Positions 44,964 through 56,899 are shown, numbered from the whole stretch's first letter. The stretch is 61,095 bases of DNA, filler included, from 14 parts of 14 records of this genome joined end to end with filler, not necessarily neighbours in it; one strand, 5' to 3'. Made by a program: numbers and translations. Notes: generated by a model not told the origin, from the sequence alone.

Positions 44964-46998
44964 TTAATCGTGAGCTGGATTTGCCGCACTATGGAAATCA
45001 CGGAGCTCGTCCCGCCATTGCGTGTAGCTTTTGGTGGACATGTAGGCTTGCGCCGACAGCTCCTGCTTGTCTAGCCGATCCTCGGTGAGCAGCCGCTCAT
45101 ACACACTGTTGACTAAATTGGGGTTGATATGCAAACTAAAGTTGAGATGCTGGAAAACCTGCCACGCACGGCGTCTGTGCTGACGGCCGCCCAAGCCAAA
45201 TACCTCAAACTCAGTCGCAAGGACTTCCTGGGTGGAGACTAGCATTTTTGTGGCGATGTCTTGCAATAGGTCCTTAATCCGCCTATCCAGCACTCAGGCC
45301 AGCCACCTGACAGGGCTACACAGGAGGCTGCTTCGGGATCCATCGCATGTTCGGCTGCTCATTATCGTTCTGTGAGTCCTCTGGGCTATCTGAGTCTGAA
45401 GACTGGCATGCCTGCGGCACCCACCACACCTGCGCCAGATTCGCCCAGGCCATAGCTGCAGGTGACCCCCTCATCGCCATCGTCTAGAAACTCGTCATCG
45501 AAGAAGCCCTCGGTTGTGTTGTACGGCCGCTGCGTGTAGTCCTGCGAGGCGAGAGAGATCCCTGCCCCTTGTGGTGCCGCACACTCGTTGTTCAGCTTGG
45601 CCGCGAGCAATAAACAGCAGCCTGCCCCCCGCTCACGCCAAACAGCCTAGTGTTTACCTGCAAACACATTCCTGTTCGCCTTGGTCACCACGCCCTTGAG
45701 CACCAGCAGCTCAAAGTATAAGTGTGCCAGCGCCACAGTGGCGTACCTGACCCCGAATCAGCACATCCAGCGGCAGGAGCCACTCTATCTCTGGGCAGTG
45801 GCAGCAGGCAATGTCGAATATCCGTCGCTTCACTGCCCGGATCTTGGACAGTGAGATGTCTGGTCGGAGCACTGGGTGGTGGTCGCAGCTCTCATGCTCG
45901 AGCATAAACTGCTCGTTCAGCTCGTTCTTCAGGTCCTTCTCCCGCACATACGGCACAACTGACACCACAAAGTGCCCCGGCGCAAAGCTGAGCACCTGTA
46001 CCACCCGCAGGCTGACCGTCCGCCGCCCAGGCAGAGCACCGTCCGGTCTTTGGATTGCTTGAGCTCCGGATCGTCCAGGTGGAACGGGTCCAGCTGGCCG
46101 TCCTCGTTGTTGAAGAACTCGAGCAGCGGCACGTCGTCGTCAAGCACCTCCTTGTATGACTTACCTGGGTTCTTCCTCTTTACTTCAGAGTCGCAGCACA
46201 GCTCGCGCGCCGACATGGTCGCCGAGAGGCAGCATTGCCCCCCTAACTTAAGCAGCTTATGATACGTGGCCCTGGCCTCCTGCAGAAAGCCTGCGACCCT
46301 GGTCACAGCCGCCAGTAGGGGCGAGCACCTTCCTCGGCCGCCTCCTCAATTTCCAGGTGGGCCTCCTCGGCGTCTTGCACGGCGATATACTTAGCCCTGA
46401 TGCAGCTGGAGACGGCCACCGGCGTGGCAAAGCCTGTCCCGGGGCTCCTCCCGGCGCAGAGCCGCCAGAGCACCGGAAGTAACGTGGAGTACCGCGCGGC
46501 GCGACTGCTTAAGCTTCTCCCTGAACTCGTCTGGGTGCAGCTGCCGGTGCAGGATCTCCGACAGGTACTCATCCCCCGGCTGGTCCGCGTCGTCGGCCGG
46601 CTTGAGCAGGGGCGACGGCGGGTTCCAGCCCTGGGACTGGTCCAGTGCGATGTGCATCAAAAAATCTGCGGCCGCCCAGCGCGCCTCGTCGGTCATGTGG
46701 TCCTCGCACTCATCAGACGAGTCCGAAGAGTCCCTGCCACCGCCCGTCGGCCCGCCCAGCGGGCGGCGCACCGTTGCACCGCCGGGGCGACGGCCCGCTC
46801 CTCCTCCAGCGGGTCCATCTCTATGTTGAGGAGGAAGTCGGCCGCGGCGCTCAGCCAGGGCACCGCCTCCTCGTTGAGCTCCGGGTTGGACCCGAAGCTC
46901 CGCCATACACTGTACCGCCGCGGTTGCCCCCCCACACCCTCCCCAGCCATCGGAGCCTGGCCGCTCTGGACCGGTGCCCGGCTGGCCCTGCTCCTCAA
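44964..46998 (-). CDS. CABLES-like cyclin-box protein, multi-exon; start uncertain
   Basis: AAADFLLNIEMD / AAADFLMHIALD, LDDPEL..KDRTVL, SVVPYVREKDLKNELNEQF, ISLSKIRAVK, LAAKLN, VLATEFEVF..LNFSLH. Confidence 0.8.
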
Positions 46999-47201
46999 AG
47001 CCTGGCGGCAGGCCAGAATAACGGCAGTTGCAAAACATGTCGCGATACGAATTGGCCTGATGAGCGCGAGGAGCGGAGCACCGAGGGGGCCTCCGGGGAG
47101 GNNNNNNNNNNNNNNNNNNNNNNNNNNNNNNNNNNNNNNNNNNNNTTAATTAATTAANNNNNNNNNNNNNNNNNNNNNNNNNNNNNNNNNNNNNNNNNNN
47201 N

Positions 47202-47267
47202 TCCGGGAACCGCTACTGCATCAACATTGTCTCCGTGGCCGGGCTGCCGCCCCGTGAGGCGGAGTGA
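47202..47267 (+). CDS. C-terminal fragment, possibly methionine sulfoxide reductase B
   Basis: GNRYCIN resembles the MsrB RYCIN motif; only about 21 codons visible. Confidence 0.35.
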   Translation, partial: SGNRYCINIVSVAGLPPREAE

Positions 47268-47546
47268 GCAAATCTTCTACCAAGCGGCTTCGCGGCTTGC
47301 GAATGGTGCGTCTTTTTTAAAACCACTTTAATTGGATTATAGAATTATAGATGCGTTATAATCGATATCATACATGTAATCAGCCAGAATCACATACGCG
47401 TGCATGTAACTACTCGTGCATTTATTCGAGAGGAGGTCGATTTATTTCAGTGTCTGTAAATGGAGAGGACATTGCATATTGGCATAATTATATTGACGAG
47501 ACCATCGCTTTGAACGCTCCCAGGCCTTGCATGTCGACTGTGCAAA

Positions 47547-48571
47547 TCAGGGCTTGGGCAGCCAGAACGCCAGGCTGCAGCAAGCGGAAGCGAGCATCAT
47601 CTTCTTCGGGTTGAATTTAACACAACCAACTGGCGCGCTGTGGCCCGTTAGCCTGATCGGTGCCCCGCCCGCCTGGGTCTCCCAGGCGTACACCGCGCCA
47701 TCCTCCGAGCCGGAGAGCACAAACTGGGCGTCGGGGCTGAAAGCAGGCTCGAGCACCATCCCGGATGTGTTGGTATGCCCTGAGTACTTTCTGACTAGAT
47801 TCCCCTCAAACGCATCGACCAGCATCAGCTGCCCGTCCAGGGTGGCCGCCAGAATGTGGTTGCCGCACGGCGAGAAGCAGAGAGAGCTCCACAGTGCCTC
47901 AGATTGGCCCTGCATCGGCTGGTTGAACGTGGCGAACGGGCCTTTGTCATAGTTCTTCACGTCATAAAGCTTAATCGTATTGTCTCCAAATCCCACAGCC
48001 AGCACACTCCCTTGCGGGTCGAACGCCAGCGCCGACCGCCGGGTGCCCGACCTGATCAGGCCTTGGCATTGGGGGGCGCGCACGTCCCAGAATCGTACAG
48101 TGCCGTCCAGCGAAGCGGAGGTGAAGTTATCGCTTGTGGGGCTCATCGCCAGAGAGACCACCGGCTTGCGGTGCCCTTTAAAGTATCGCAGGTACCGCAG
48201 GTCGTGCAGCGATAGGTACCCTGCGCCCTCCGCTCAGCCTGGGCCCTGGGGGCGGGCGCACTGATATCATCGGACCAGTCCACGTTGCTGGCGTGCACCA
48301 CCGATTTGTCATCGTGTGTGAACCGAATCAGCGACACCCCGTACTTTTTGCTCGGCAGCTGCTTCTCCCGGCTCCCGTCGGTGCAGTTGTACACGTTGAT
48401 CAGCTGCCGACCGCTGGGCGGCCGTCGGGGCTGGCCGGGCACCTGGTCGTTGCCAGAGGTGACGCAGAACTCGCCGTTGGAGGAGAAGTCGAGCGAGTTC
48501 ACCGGCTGGCTGTTGTCCTTGAACACCCGCGCCGTCTTGAGCGACCCGAGCACCGCCCCATCCAGCCTCAT
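47547..48571 (-). CDS. WDR82: WD40 protein WDR82/Swd2, 2 introns
   Basis: SKKYGVSLIRFTH, IRYLSLHD..LRYFKGH, SASLDGTVRFWD, IKLYDVKNYDKGPFATF, VKFNPK.MMLASAC..LAFWLP. Confidence 0.93.
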
Positions 48572-48673
48572 CGGCCCCACCCAGACCCCCCGTGTCCGGC
48601 CGTCGAGCTCGCCGCTTCCGTTGCTGCGGAGGGGCCAGCGCGGGAGCAAGGGGGTGGTGCACACAAGAAATCC

Positions 48674-50872
48674 ATGCCGCCGCCGTGGAAGCCCAACCCC
48701 AAGCTGGAGGGCAAGCTCGGCCCGAACGGCACTCCGCTCTCGGCCTGCGCCGCCTGCAATGGCAAGCACCGCAAGCACACCTGCGGCCACGGCAAACCCG
48801 CCAAGGGCTCAAAAGCCAACGATCCACCCAACCCGCCGCCCTCCTCCGGAGCCCGGCAGGCTCCAGCCTCCGAGGCCCGGCGGGCGAGTCCCGCTTGCCA
48901 GACCCCTAGCCGACCGTTCGAGCCACCCAAAGATCCGGAGGTGGCCGCTCGGCTCAAGGAACGACTAGAGGTGCGCTCACCGCCGGCTGCCGCCCACCCC
49001 GAGGCCAGCTCGAGCCGTTACCCGACGAGGACGAGCCGCTCGAGCTCGAGCTTGACGAGGACGGTCGGCCGGTGCGCCCCCAGAGAGGCCCGGGGCTGAC
49101 CGAATGGACAGCTGAATCACAACTTTTGTGTTAGCTGCGTTGGGGGTGGTACGGCCGGCCTGCCGGGGGCGACCGCTCACCGGCGGGTCGCAGGCGATCT
49201 GTTGTGCTGCGATGGCTGCACTGCCTCGTTCCACTACGACTGCCTCACCCCTCCGATAGAGGTCTGGCCCCGCTGGGTGCTGAGCTTGAGTGGGTGCGGG
49301 CCAGACGGGCTCGTACCCAGAGGATTTGGACTTCTTCTGCACAGTGTGCACCTTCAAGCAGAAGCCGCCCAAGAAGAGCACCAAGCCGCTCGCCGCAGTC
49401 ACTTGGTGGTCTTCACCAGATTGCCGAGCCGACTCGGTGTGGCCAGGGCGCTTCATGGGCTGCAACCGATGCAATTTGAGCTGCCTTCTGCTATGATCGA
49501 AGAGGTGGCCGGCGGCAGCCAGCGGGGCTCAGTCGGCCGCAGGTCAAGGGGAACAACAAGCTGTGCCGGCCTCACTTCCTCGGCGACCGAGAGGCGGACG
49601 ACAACTCTTTTGACATGTGTGGTGCCGTTTCCAGCTCCGCCAGCCCTCACGCGGTCCCAGGCGCCTGTACCACCAAATTCCCGCCGCGGCTGCAGACGCC
49701 CGGGCACAACCCGGCCTGCTCCGAGTGCAACAGCCGCATGATCCGGTACATCCACATCCCATCCAGCTATGGCTCTGTGAAAGAGAAGACTCCGAATCAG
49801 ATCGCCGCGCTGCAGGCCCAGAGGGCCAGGGCTAAGGAGCAGCGGTGCGCCCCCCGCGGGTGGCCTGCTCAGCTGGCGGCTGCAGCAAGCTGGAGCGGAA
49901 GGAGGAGCGGCGGGCCAAGGCAGCCGGCGGCCGTGCCTCGCCTCTAACGGGGGGCTGCAGCGCGCTAGGACCTCCACAGCCCAGCAGGAGTCCAGTTCGT
50001 CCGAGGAGCTATTCGAGTGCGAGTCAGGCTGCGGGTTTGAGCACGCTGACCGGCAGAGAGTAGAGGCGCACGAGCGGACCTGTGCCAAGATGCCTGCAGT
50101 GAGCTATCACGAGACTGCTGGGCTTGACAGCCGGGGGCAGCGGCAGGGGATGGGGCTGCCCAGGGATAGATCGGGCCGGCGGCGCGACCGGCGGACCGAC
50201 AGGCGGGACTCGCGCAGGCGGCGCGAGGCTGGGAGTGACCTGGAGTTGTTTGAGTGTGAATCGGGATGCGGGTTTGAAAACACTGACAAGAACAAGGTCG
50301 AATTCCACGAAAAGTCGTGCGAAATGATGAAAGCCCAACGGAACGGGGCCGCCCGGCCGCCTAGGTCACGCAAGGCTGACCGGCGGAGGGACCGAGGAGG
50401 TGGGTTGGCGGGGCTGAGCCAGGATTGAGCCGGCACAGGAGGAGGGGAGCGCGCAGTGGTGGTGACCACGTATGAGCCGAGCGCGCCCGATCAGACCAAG
50501 GAGCTGCTGAACAAGCAGCACGCCGATAGCCTGGAGCACTTTGAGAAATTCTACACGCTGGTGCGTTCAAGCATGGCCAGGGCTGAGTGGCCGGGAGGTG
50601 TCCAAGCTGCCTCGCAAAGAGAGAGGCGAGTCGGCTAGAGCTAACGACAACCTCGAGCCGGCAGAGGAGCTGGCCGATCCAGTCCGGGCAGACACGCTGG
50701 TGGAGGAGGTGGCGCGATTGGTTGAGGTGTGCTGAGGTGGTGGCAGTTCTGTTCTTGGCAGAAGCTGATGAGCATCTGGGAGAAGACCCAACAGATTGAG
50801 GAGCAGCTGGGTAGTTGACTGATGCGACGGTCTGTGCGCCGTCGGGCGTGGCAGAGAGATGAGGAACATGCG
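48674..50872 (+). CDS. PHD-finger protein, PHF12/Rco1-like, with two extra Cys/His repeats, multi-exon
   Basis: NHNFCVSC..GDLLCCDGCTASFHYDCLTPP..FFCTVC, QPMQFELP; two copies of FECESGCGFE....VE.HE..C. Confidence 0.7.
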
Positions 50873-51155
50873 CGTGGCGCGCAGGAGCGTTGTCATACGT
50901 CGAAATCGTGCAAAGTAAATTGATCTCGAGAGCGATACTGTATTTAAAATGTAATTTAATGTCTCTGACCAGTCTACATCTTAACTGTATTTAACTGCAT
51001 TCTATATTACAATTTCTATATTATGATTTCAGTACCTAGAGGCAAGCCTACGTGTATGTAATAGTCCCCAAGCGCCTGATGTGTCATGTGTCAGCATCCA
51101 CTGCACACGTGTACGTATATTCACAAGCAGCTTGGGCAAGGATCCAGCAGTCTGC

Positions 51156-51777
51156 TCATTGCACCGCGCAGACCGACAGATCCTTATGCTCCCAGCACAG
51201 CTCAAAATCCTTCACCGCGCCCCCGTGCTCTTTGTGCCTCAGCGCGCCCTTGGTGCACTGGCCTACGTAATACTGCACCCCCTCGCTCCTCTCAGGCTTC
51301 TTTTGTTGCCCGAGAAGCGAATCCTCGGGCTGGGTAAGGCAATCCCCCGGCTCGCTCTGCAGCTTGCCCTCCAGCTCTAGCTCTGGGCACCAGCCCTCGT
51401 CCTCCGGCTCGGGCACAGGCGCCGCTTCGGATTCACGGAATCGGCCGCTTTCTGTCCTGGACACGGAGGTCACCTGTGGTGGGCTTGAGAGGCCCTGACG
51501 TCCCAGGCGCTGCCCGGCCGTCTCACTGGGCAGCCGGGGCCGGGGCACGCACCACGCACAGCCGGCGGGTGGCCGGGTCCCAGGAGTAGGTGCCCTCCCT
51601 GTGGAGCGTGTGCGCACAGTCGGTGCCGGCTGCAGTGCCCCAGCGCTCCTCGCTGGTGACGCTGTCGGCCGGGCGAGCCCTGAAGCTCAGCTTGACGCGG
51701 ACCGGTCGGCTGGCTGCGGTGGCGTAGCACCCCTCGGTCTTCACCGTAAACTCCTCTCGCCCACAGCACCCTGCCAT
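51156..51777 (-). CDS. Hypothetical protein, spliced
   Basis: MAGCCGREEF exon joined to the 51156-51617 frame through intron 51510-51552. Confidence 0.5.
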
Positions 51778-52304
51778 GTCGCTAACGGCACGTCGAATGA
51801 ACAAGCGGCGATCGCGAGAGGGCTTAGGTCGATGGGTTTTATCGGGTGAAGGCCGGCACCAGAAGGCTTGACACGCGGTCGCTCACAGAGGTGGAGGAAG
51901 ACTTGCTCCAACGTGAGGCCGAAACGACCGCGGCTCGAGACAAGGCCGAACGAGGCCGAAGCGGAATCTTTGGCTCATCGATATCAGCGAGGAGGAGGAG
52001 AGTGAGGACGAGCTGGACGAGCTGGGCGAGCTGGGCGAGCTGGATGATTTCGCGCACGCCGATGTAAGGTGGCCACCGTCGGCTGAAGGTGTGTGTTTGA
52101 TTTATTTTTGTTGTGATTTCTGTCGTTTGGACAGGCGTGGACAGGCATGCCCATGCAGGGGAGCCGATGTCTCGTACCGTGAATCATGAGTCGGATGGGA
52201 CTGANNNNNNNNNNNNNNNNNNNNNNNNNNNNNNNNNNNNNNNNNNNNTTAATTAATTAANNNNNNNNNNNNNNNNNNNNNNNNNNNNNNNNNNNNNNNN
52301 NNNN

Positions 52305-52625
52305 GGGGGGGGGGGGGCACCGCAGCTGGGGCACGGGGTGGTCCGATGCGGGCACTGGGATCGGACGTGCCGGACCAGATCGGTGCACTGCAGCCCCTGG
52401 ATCCCACACCCGAGCGGGCAGGGCAGACCCCCCCGGCTCATCCTTCAACGGAACATCATGTGCCCGCCCCACAGCCTAGGCCCGTGCTGCCTGGCTGTGC
52501 TCAGCAGCCTCTCGGCTTGGATTCAGTTCCGTTGCTCGAGTGGGGCTCGGCTCATCTTGGTGGCGTCGGCTTGCGAGATGAGAGCCCTCTGTTGATCCGC
52601 CCGGGCGACTTAGGCCAGCAGGCAT
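52305..52625 (-). CDS. 5' part of a TRAF-type zinc-finger protein
   Basis: PCPLGCG...DLVRHVRSQCPHRTTPCPSCG. Confidence 0.55.
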
Positions 52626-52691
52626 GATCTCGAGCGAGTCGATCAAGGTGCCCGGCCGGGGGTCGGGTCGGGTCGAGCGGGCGGCCAGCTG

Positions 52692-54356
52692 ATGGCCGAG
52701 TCGGTCGGTCTGGAGACTGGCGAGCCAGTCAACTCCAAGCTGGCCGAGGACACCGAGTTCCGGACCCGCGAGGTGATCCAGGAGGCGGCCAAGTTCATGC
52801 GCCATGCCAAGCGCACCACGCTCACCGCTGCCGACGTCAACAACGCCCTCAGGACTCTTAATGTGGAGGCACGCCGCCGGGCCGGGCTCGGGCCGACCGT
52901 GGTGCAGCCTCTCTACGGGTACAGCAGCTGCGGGCCAGACCGACTCAAGTTCGGGTACGCCGCGGCCAGCAGCGTCTACTACACTAGCGACAAGGCAGCC
53001 GGTCCCGGGGCCGGCCGCGATCGGTTGCAGGAGCTGCCGCTATCGGATGTGGTCCACATGGAGTTGCCCCAGTGCCCTCTCGAGCCGATGCTCCAGTGCC
53101 ACTGGCTGGCGGTCGAAGGGATGCAGCCGGCCACTACCGCCAACCCTTCCGGTCCGCCCTGCCGCCCCCTGGCGCTTAGCTGCAACCAGGCTCTGATGAG
53201 CTCACCAAGGGTCGCAAGCGCAAGCTCGGCGAGGAGCAGCCGCCGGTGGGTCGGGCCGGGGCCAGGCCGGAGCTTGGGCAGCTGGTGACCAGCAAGGTGC
53301 GGCACGTGCTCTCTAAGGAGCTCCAGCTCTTCTTCCAGCAGGCGGCTCGGCCGGTTGAGTGAGCTGACTCTTGGGGGCAGCTGGTGAACGGAGTGCGCGC
53401 CCCGGGGAGCGAGCTGCAACGGCGGGTGCTCGAGACGATCTCTAAGGAGGCCGGGCTGCACCAGCTGCTCCCGTACATCTCGCAGCTGGTCGCAGACGAG
53501 GCGCTCCATGCTCCATCCGGAGGTGAGCCGTGTGGCAGGTCTCCAAGCACCTCCGCGAGCTGCCGCTGCTGCTCTCTCTGATCCAGCTGGTGCAAGCGGT
53601 GCTGGCCAACACCGAGCACCTGCACGTGGAGCCCTACCTGCACCAGCTGATGCCGCCGGTGCTCACCTGCCTCGTGGGCAAGTCACTCTGCCACGCCGCG
53701 TCCGAGGACCACTGGAAGCTGCGCGACACCGCCGCCGCCACAATCCGGACAGTGGCCAACCGGTGGGCTGGCCGGCCGGGCGCCGGTTGACTGGTCGGTC
53801 CAGGTTTGGAACGGCGTACCCGAGCTTGCAACCGAGGATCACCCGCACGCTGCTGCACGCCCTGCTCGACCCGCTCAAGCCGCTCACCACCCACTACGGC
53901 GCCATCGTCGGGCTCACCGCGCTCGGGCCGGACACGGTCCGCTCGCTGCTCCTGCCCAACCTGCTGTTCTACACAAAACTGCTCGGTGCGTGCCGGGCGC
54001 CGCTGCCAGTGAGCCGGGCACAGTGCCAGAGCTGGAGCCGGTCGGCAGCCAGAAGGCGCTCGAGGCCTCCAAGTGCTTCTTCGCGCTCGGGCGGGCGGTG
54101 GGCGCTCTGCTGCACCACCAGCCGTTTGCCGTGTGCAGCAAGGACGGGCTGGTGCCGGCTGCCGCTAAGGGGGGGCTAAGTGCGGGGGCAGCCCGGGAGC
54201 GAGGAGCTGTCGTGGGACCAACTGGCCGAGCTGTTCGGCGAGCAACTGCTCCCGTTCGTCGGCCCGCCCGAAGCCACAGGGCTGTTCGGCTCGGGCGTGC
54301 CCACGGTGAAGGCCCGGAGCAGCTCTCAGAAGCAGAGAGCTCCCGCGTTGAGTTGA
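52692..54356 (+). CDS. TAF6: TFIID subunit TAF6, 9 introns
   Basis: IQEAAKFMRHAKRTTLT..DVNNALR..NVE|PLYG, HWLAVEG.QP, HVLSKELQL, GLHQLLPY, EPYLHQLMP.VLTC, DHWKLRD, LQPRI, TTHYGAI.GL. Confidence 0.95.
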
Positions 54357-54568
54357 GTTGAAGATTTCTAGGCTCTAAACTGACCGAGTACACGCTGCTG
54401 TGCTCGTGTATCAGTCGTAGCGCTAGGACCGGAAATGTGTACTAGCTAGAATGACCAAGTGTTTGCCATGTTATTGATTTTCTTTTTTCTTTTCGCGTTC
54501 CCAAAATTAGAGTCCGATCTCAGACTCTCAAGCTGTCCTTTGGAGGGCAGGAGGAGAGACGGTGAGCC

Positions 54569-56581
54569 ATGGAGTCCGACTGGGGCTGGACCGAGAGCCC
54601 CAGCGGCGTGCGCGAGTTCCTGGCCGAGCTGGCGGCCCGCAGCCGGGGCCGGCTGGTCCAGCGGCACAGGAGCCTTCTCCGGGCGGTGGCCCAGCTTGCC
54701 TCGACCGGGGCCAGCCTCCCTCAGGCCCTCCGCACCCTCGCCGACCGACCAGCCAGGCCGCCACAGCTGCCGGCCCGGAGGGAGCTCGGCCCGCTGGCCG
54801 GGCCCGGGGAGGCCCAGCCGCCGCTGGGACCGGATCTGCTCGAAATGGGGTTCGAGCCGAACGCGGTGCGCCGGGCCGAGGCGGCTGTGGGGACCAGCGG
54901 GTGGCGGCGGAGTCGGATGATCCAGGCGGTCCGCTGGCTGCTCGACCACGCCGGAGAGCCGTCGATACACTCACCGCTCCCGGCGCCGCCCGAGCAGCAG
55001 CCGACGGTGCCCCGGGAGGGCGGGGAGGCCTGGGCCGTGATTGTGGCCGGGGATGAGGCGGACGACTCGGAGGTGTTCGGGCTGCACCAGGTGTTCAACT
55101 TCTGCTGCCGGCAGCTCGGGCGGGAGCGCGTGATCCTGATCGCCAACCTGCAGGAGCTGAGAGAGCAGCGCGCCCGTGCCGCCCAGACAGGCCTGCCAGA
55201 GCTCTCGCCCAACAGCGGGCTCGAGCAGAACCGGCGATTCCGGGCCGAGCGGCTTGCCTCGCTCGAGCGGAACTGGGGGCTGCTCGAAGGGCCGGCCGAC
55301 TACGACTTTGAGCGGGCCAACCCCAGCACCGTGCTCAGAGTGCTCGCAGGCCAGCCGGCGGCCGAGGGCGACAAGGTGCTCCCGAGCAGCCTGGGCGCCC
55401 TGTTCTTCTGCTTCGCCGGGCACGGAGGCTCGTTCCGGTCGGTCCCGCGCAACAGCTCAGTACACCAGCGGGTGGACTGCGACCTTTGTGGCCAGCCGCA
55501 CCCGGCCAGGCCGACCCGAGAGGAGAGCCAAGCCGACTGCCGCTGGCTCGAGTGGCTGCATCAGGACTGCAACTGCGCGTTCGTCAAGGCGGAGGCCACG
55601 CAGTCCACCGAGCACGACCAGACGCTGGCCCCCACAGACCTGGTCTTCACACCGTTCGGGCCTGCCACTGTGGTCGCTCGCCAGCCGTCCGAACCGTATG
55701 AGCTCTGCGCTGCCACTGCCGGAGGCCGGCCGGTGATCCACAGGCATCTCTACCAGATAGAGCCGACCGGCCCCGGCTGGCGGAGCGCCGGTGGCGGGCC
55801 CGGGTGGCAGGCTGCGGCGGTGGGGCGGCTGTTTGAGCTGGTGGCAGCCAGGCGGTGCCCTGCAGGCGTGCTGCAAGCGCTCTGGCGATCGCTGGGGGAC
55901 GCGCGGTGCTGGGTCGGGCTGGTGCGGGCGGTGGGCGGGGCGTGCGGGGTGCGGCGGGACTGGATGGTGCTCCAAGTTGGGCCGCGCCAGTGCAACCACT
56001 TCCACTCTTCGCTCAAGACCCGCGAGTGGGTGCTAGGGATGCCGCACCCGGCCGACGACCGGGGGATCTTCGGGCCGGTCTCGTGGGGCTACAGTGAGTA
56101 CGACCAGCCCTGGAGCTTTCTGGCCTGGCAGCATATCTTCGAGGGGCTCGGGCAGGTCCGGGCCCGGTCGGCGCACACCAAGATCCTGGTGCTCACCGAG
56201 GCCTGCTACAGCGGCGGGGCGATCAAGTTCCTCAAGGACGCCACCCTCTCGCTCTGGCGCGAGCTCGACCAGTGGCCGCTCTTCCTGATCGCCACTGCCG
56301 GCGAGGCCCAGCAGAGCGTGGCTGGGCTGCTCCAGCTCTTCGTCGGCAAGGTGCGCGAGGCACTCGAGGGCGAGGGCTCCGGGCGGCTGCTGGAGGTGTT
56401 TGAGAGCGCAGTTGAGGCGTACTGGCGGGTGAATCAGTTTGTACTGGACGCAAACGCCAAGATTGTGCGGCAAGCCTCCCGGAACGTGCGCCGGATGGCC
56501 GAAGTGCATCACTCGTTTGCCGAAAAGAGCGGGATACAAGACGCCCACGTGAGCTGCTTCTTTACGCAACCAAAATCATAG
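54569..56581 (+). CDS. UBA domain + clan CD (legumain/C13-like) cysteine peptidase with a large insert
   Basis: UBA LLEMGFEPNAVRRA..AVRWLLDH; WAVIVAG; FFCFAGHGG (His 55421); VLTEACYSGG (Cys 56204); LIATA...QQS. Confidence 0.7.
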   Translation: MESDWGWTESPSGVREFLAELAARSRGRLVQRHRSLLRAVAQLASTGASLPQALRTLADRPARPPQLPARRELGPLAGPGEAQPPLGPDLLEMGFEPNAVRRAEAAVGTSGWRRSRMIQAVRWLLDHAGEPSIHSPLPAPPEQQPTVPREGGEAWAVIVAGDEADDSEVFGLHQVFNFCCRQLGRERVILIANLQELREQRARAAQTGLPELSPNSGLEQNRRFRAERLASLERNWGLLEGPADYDFERANPSTVLRVLAGQPAAEGDKVLPSSLGALFFCFAGHGGSFRSVPRNSSVHQRVDCDLCGQPHPARPTREESQADCRWLEWLHQDCNCAFVKAEATQSTEHDQTLAPTDLVFTPFGPATVVARQPSEPYELCAATAGGRPVIHRHLYQIEPTGPGWRSAGGGPGWQAAAVGRLFELVAARRCPAGVLQALWRSLGDARCWVGLVRAVGGACGVRRDWMVLQVGPRQCNHFHSSLKTREWVLGMPHPADDRGIFGPVSWGYSEYDQPWSFLAWQHIFEGLGQVRARSAHTKILVLTEACYSGGAIKFLKDATLSLWRELDQWPLFLIATAGEAQQSVAGLLQLFVGKVREALEGEGSGRLLEVFESAVEAYWRVNQFVLDANAKIVRQASRNVRRMAEVHHSFAEKSGIQDAHVSCFFTQPKS

Positions 56582-56899
56582 CCGGTTCAGTACTCGTAAA
56601 GTACTGTACGAGTAAGATAGTTTTTAGCGTTTAGTTGATGCGTCAATCTCTCGAGAGATACTTTGTCTTCATGTGATTAAGAATACGTACGCTTACAAAA
56701 ATGAAAATGTTTGCATGAAATCAGGAATGCGAACTCGGATGCGCTGACCGTTGCGCCACGCAGANNNNNNNNNNNNNNNNNNNNNNNNNNNNNNNNNNNN
56801 NNNNNNNNTTAATTAATTAANNNNNNNNNNNNNNNNNNNNNNNNNNNNNNNNNNNNNNNNNNNNTCCATGTAATTAGTATTTCTTGTGGATTCCGTCTC

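Noticed and set aside
52010-52043. GAGCTGG(A/G)C tandem repeat
   Set aside because: Short 9-bp microrepeat without spacers or associated genes.
13269-54356. Apparent cluster of chromatin genes (TET-like, SMARCC, WDR82, PHF12-like, TAF6)
   Set aside because: They are mostly on separate concatenated contigs; only WDR82 and the PHD gene are linked.
52692-54356. Frameshifted pseudogenes or stop-codon reassignment in TAF6, ATG1, CHMP2 and others
   Set aside because: Frame changes and internal stops are removed by short GT/GC-AG introns, and intronless genes read normally in the standard code.
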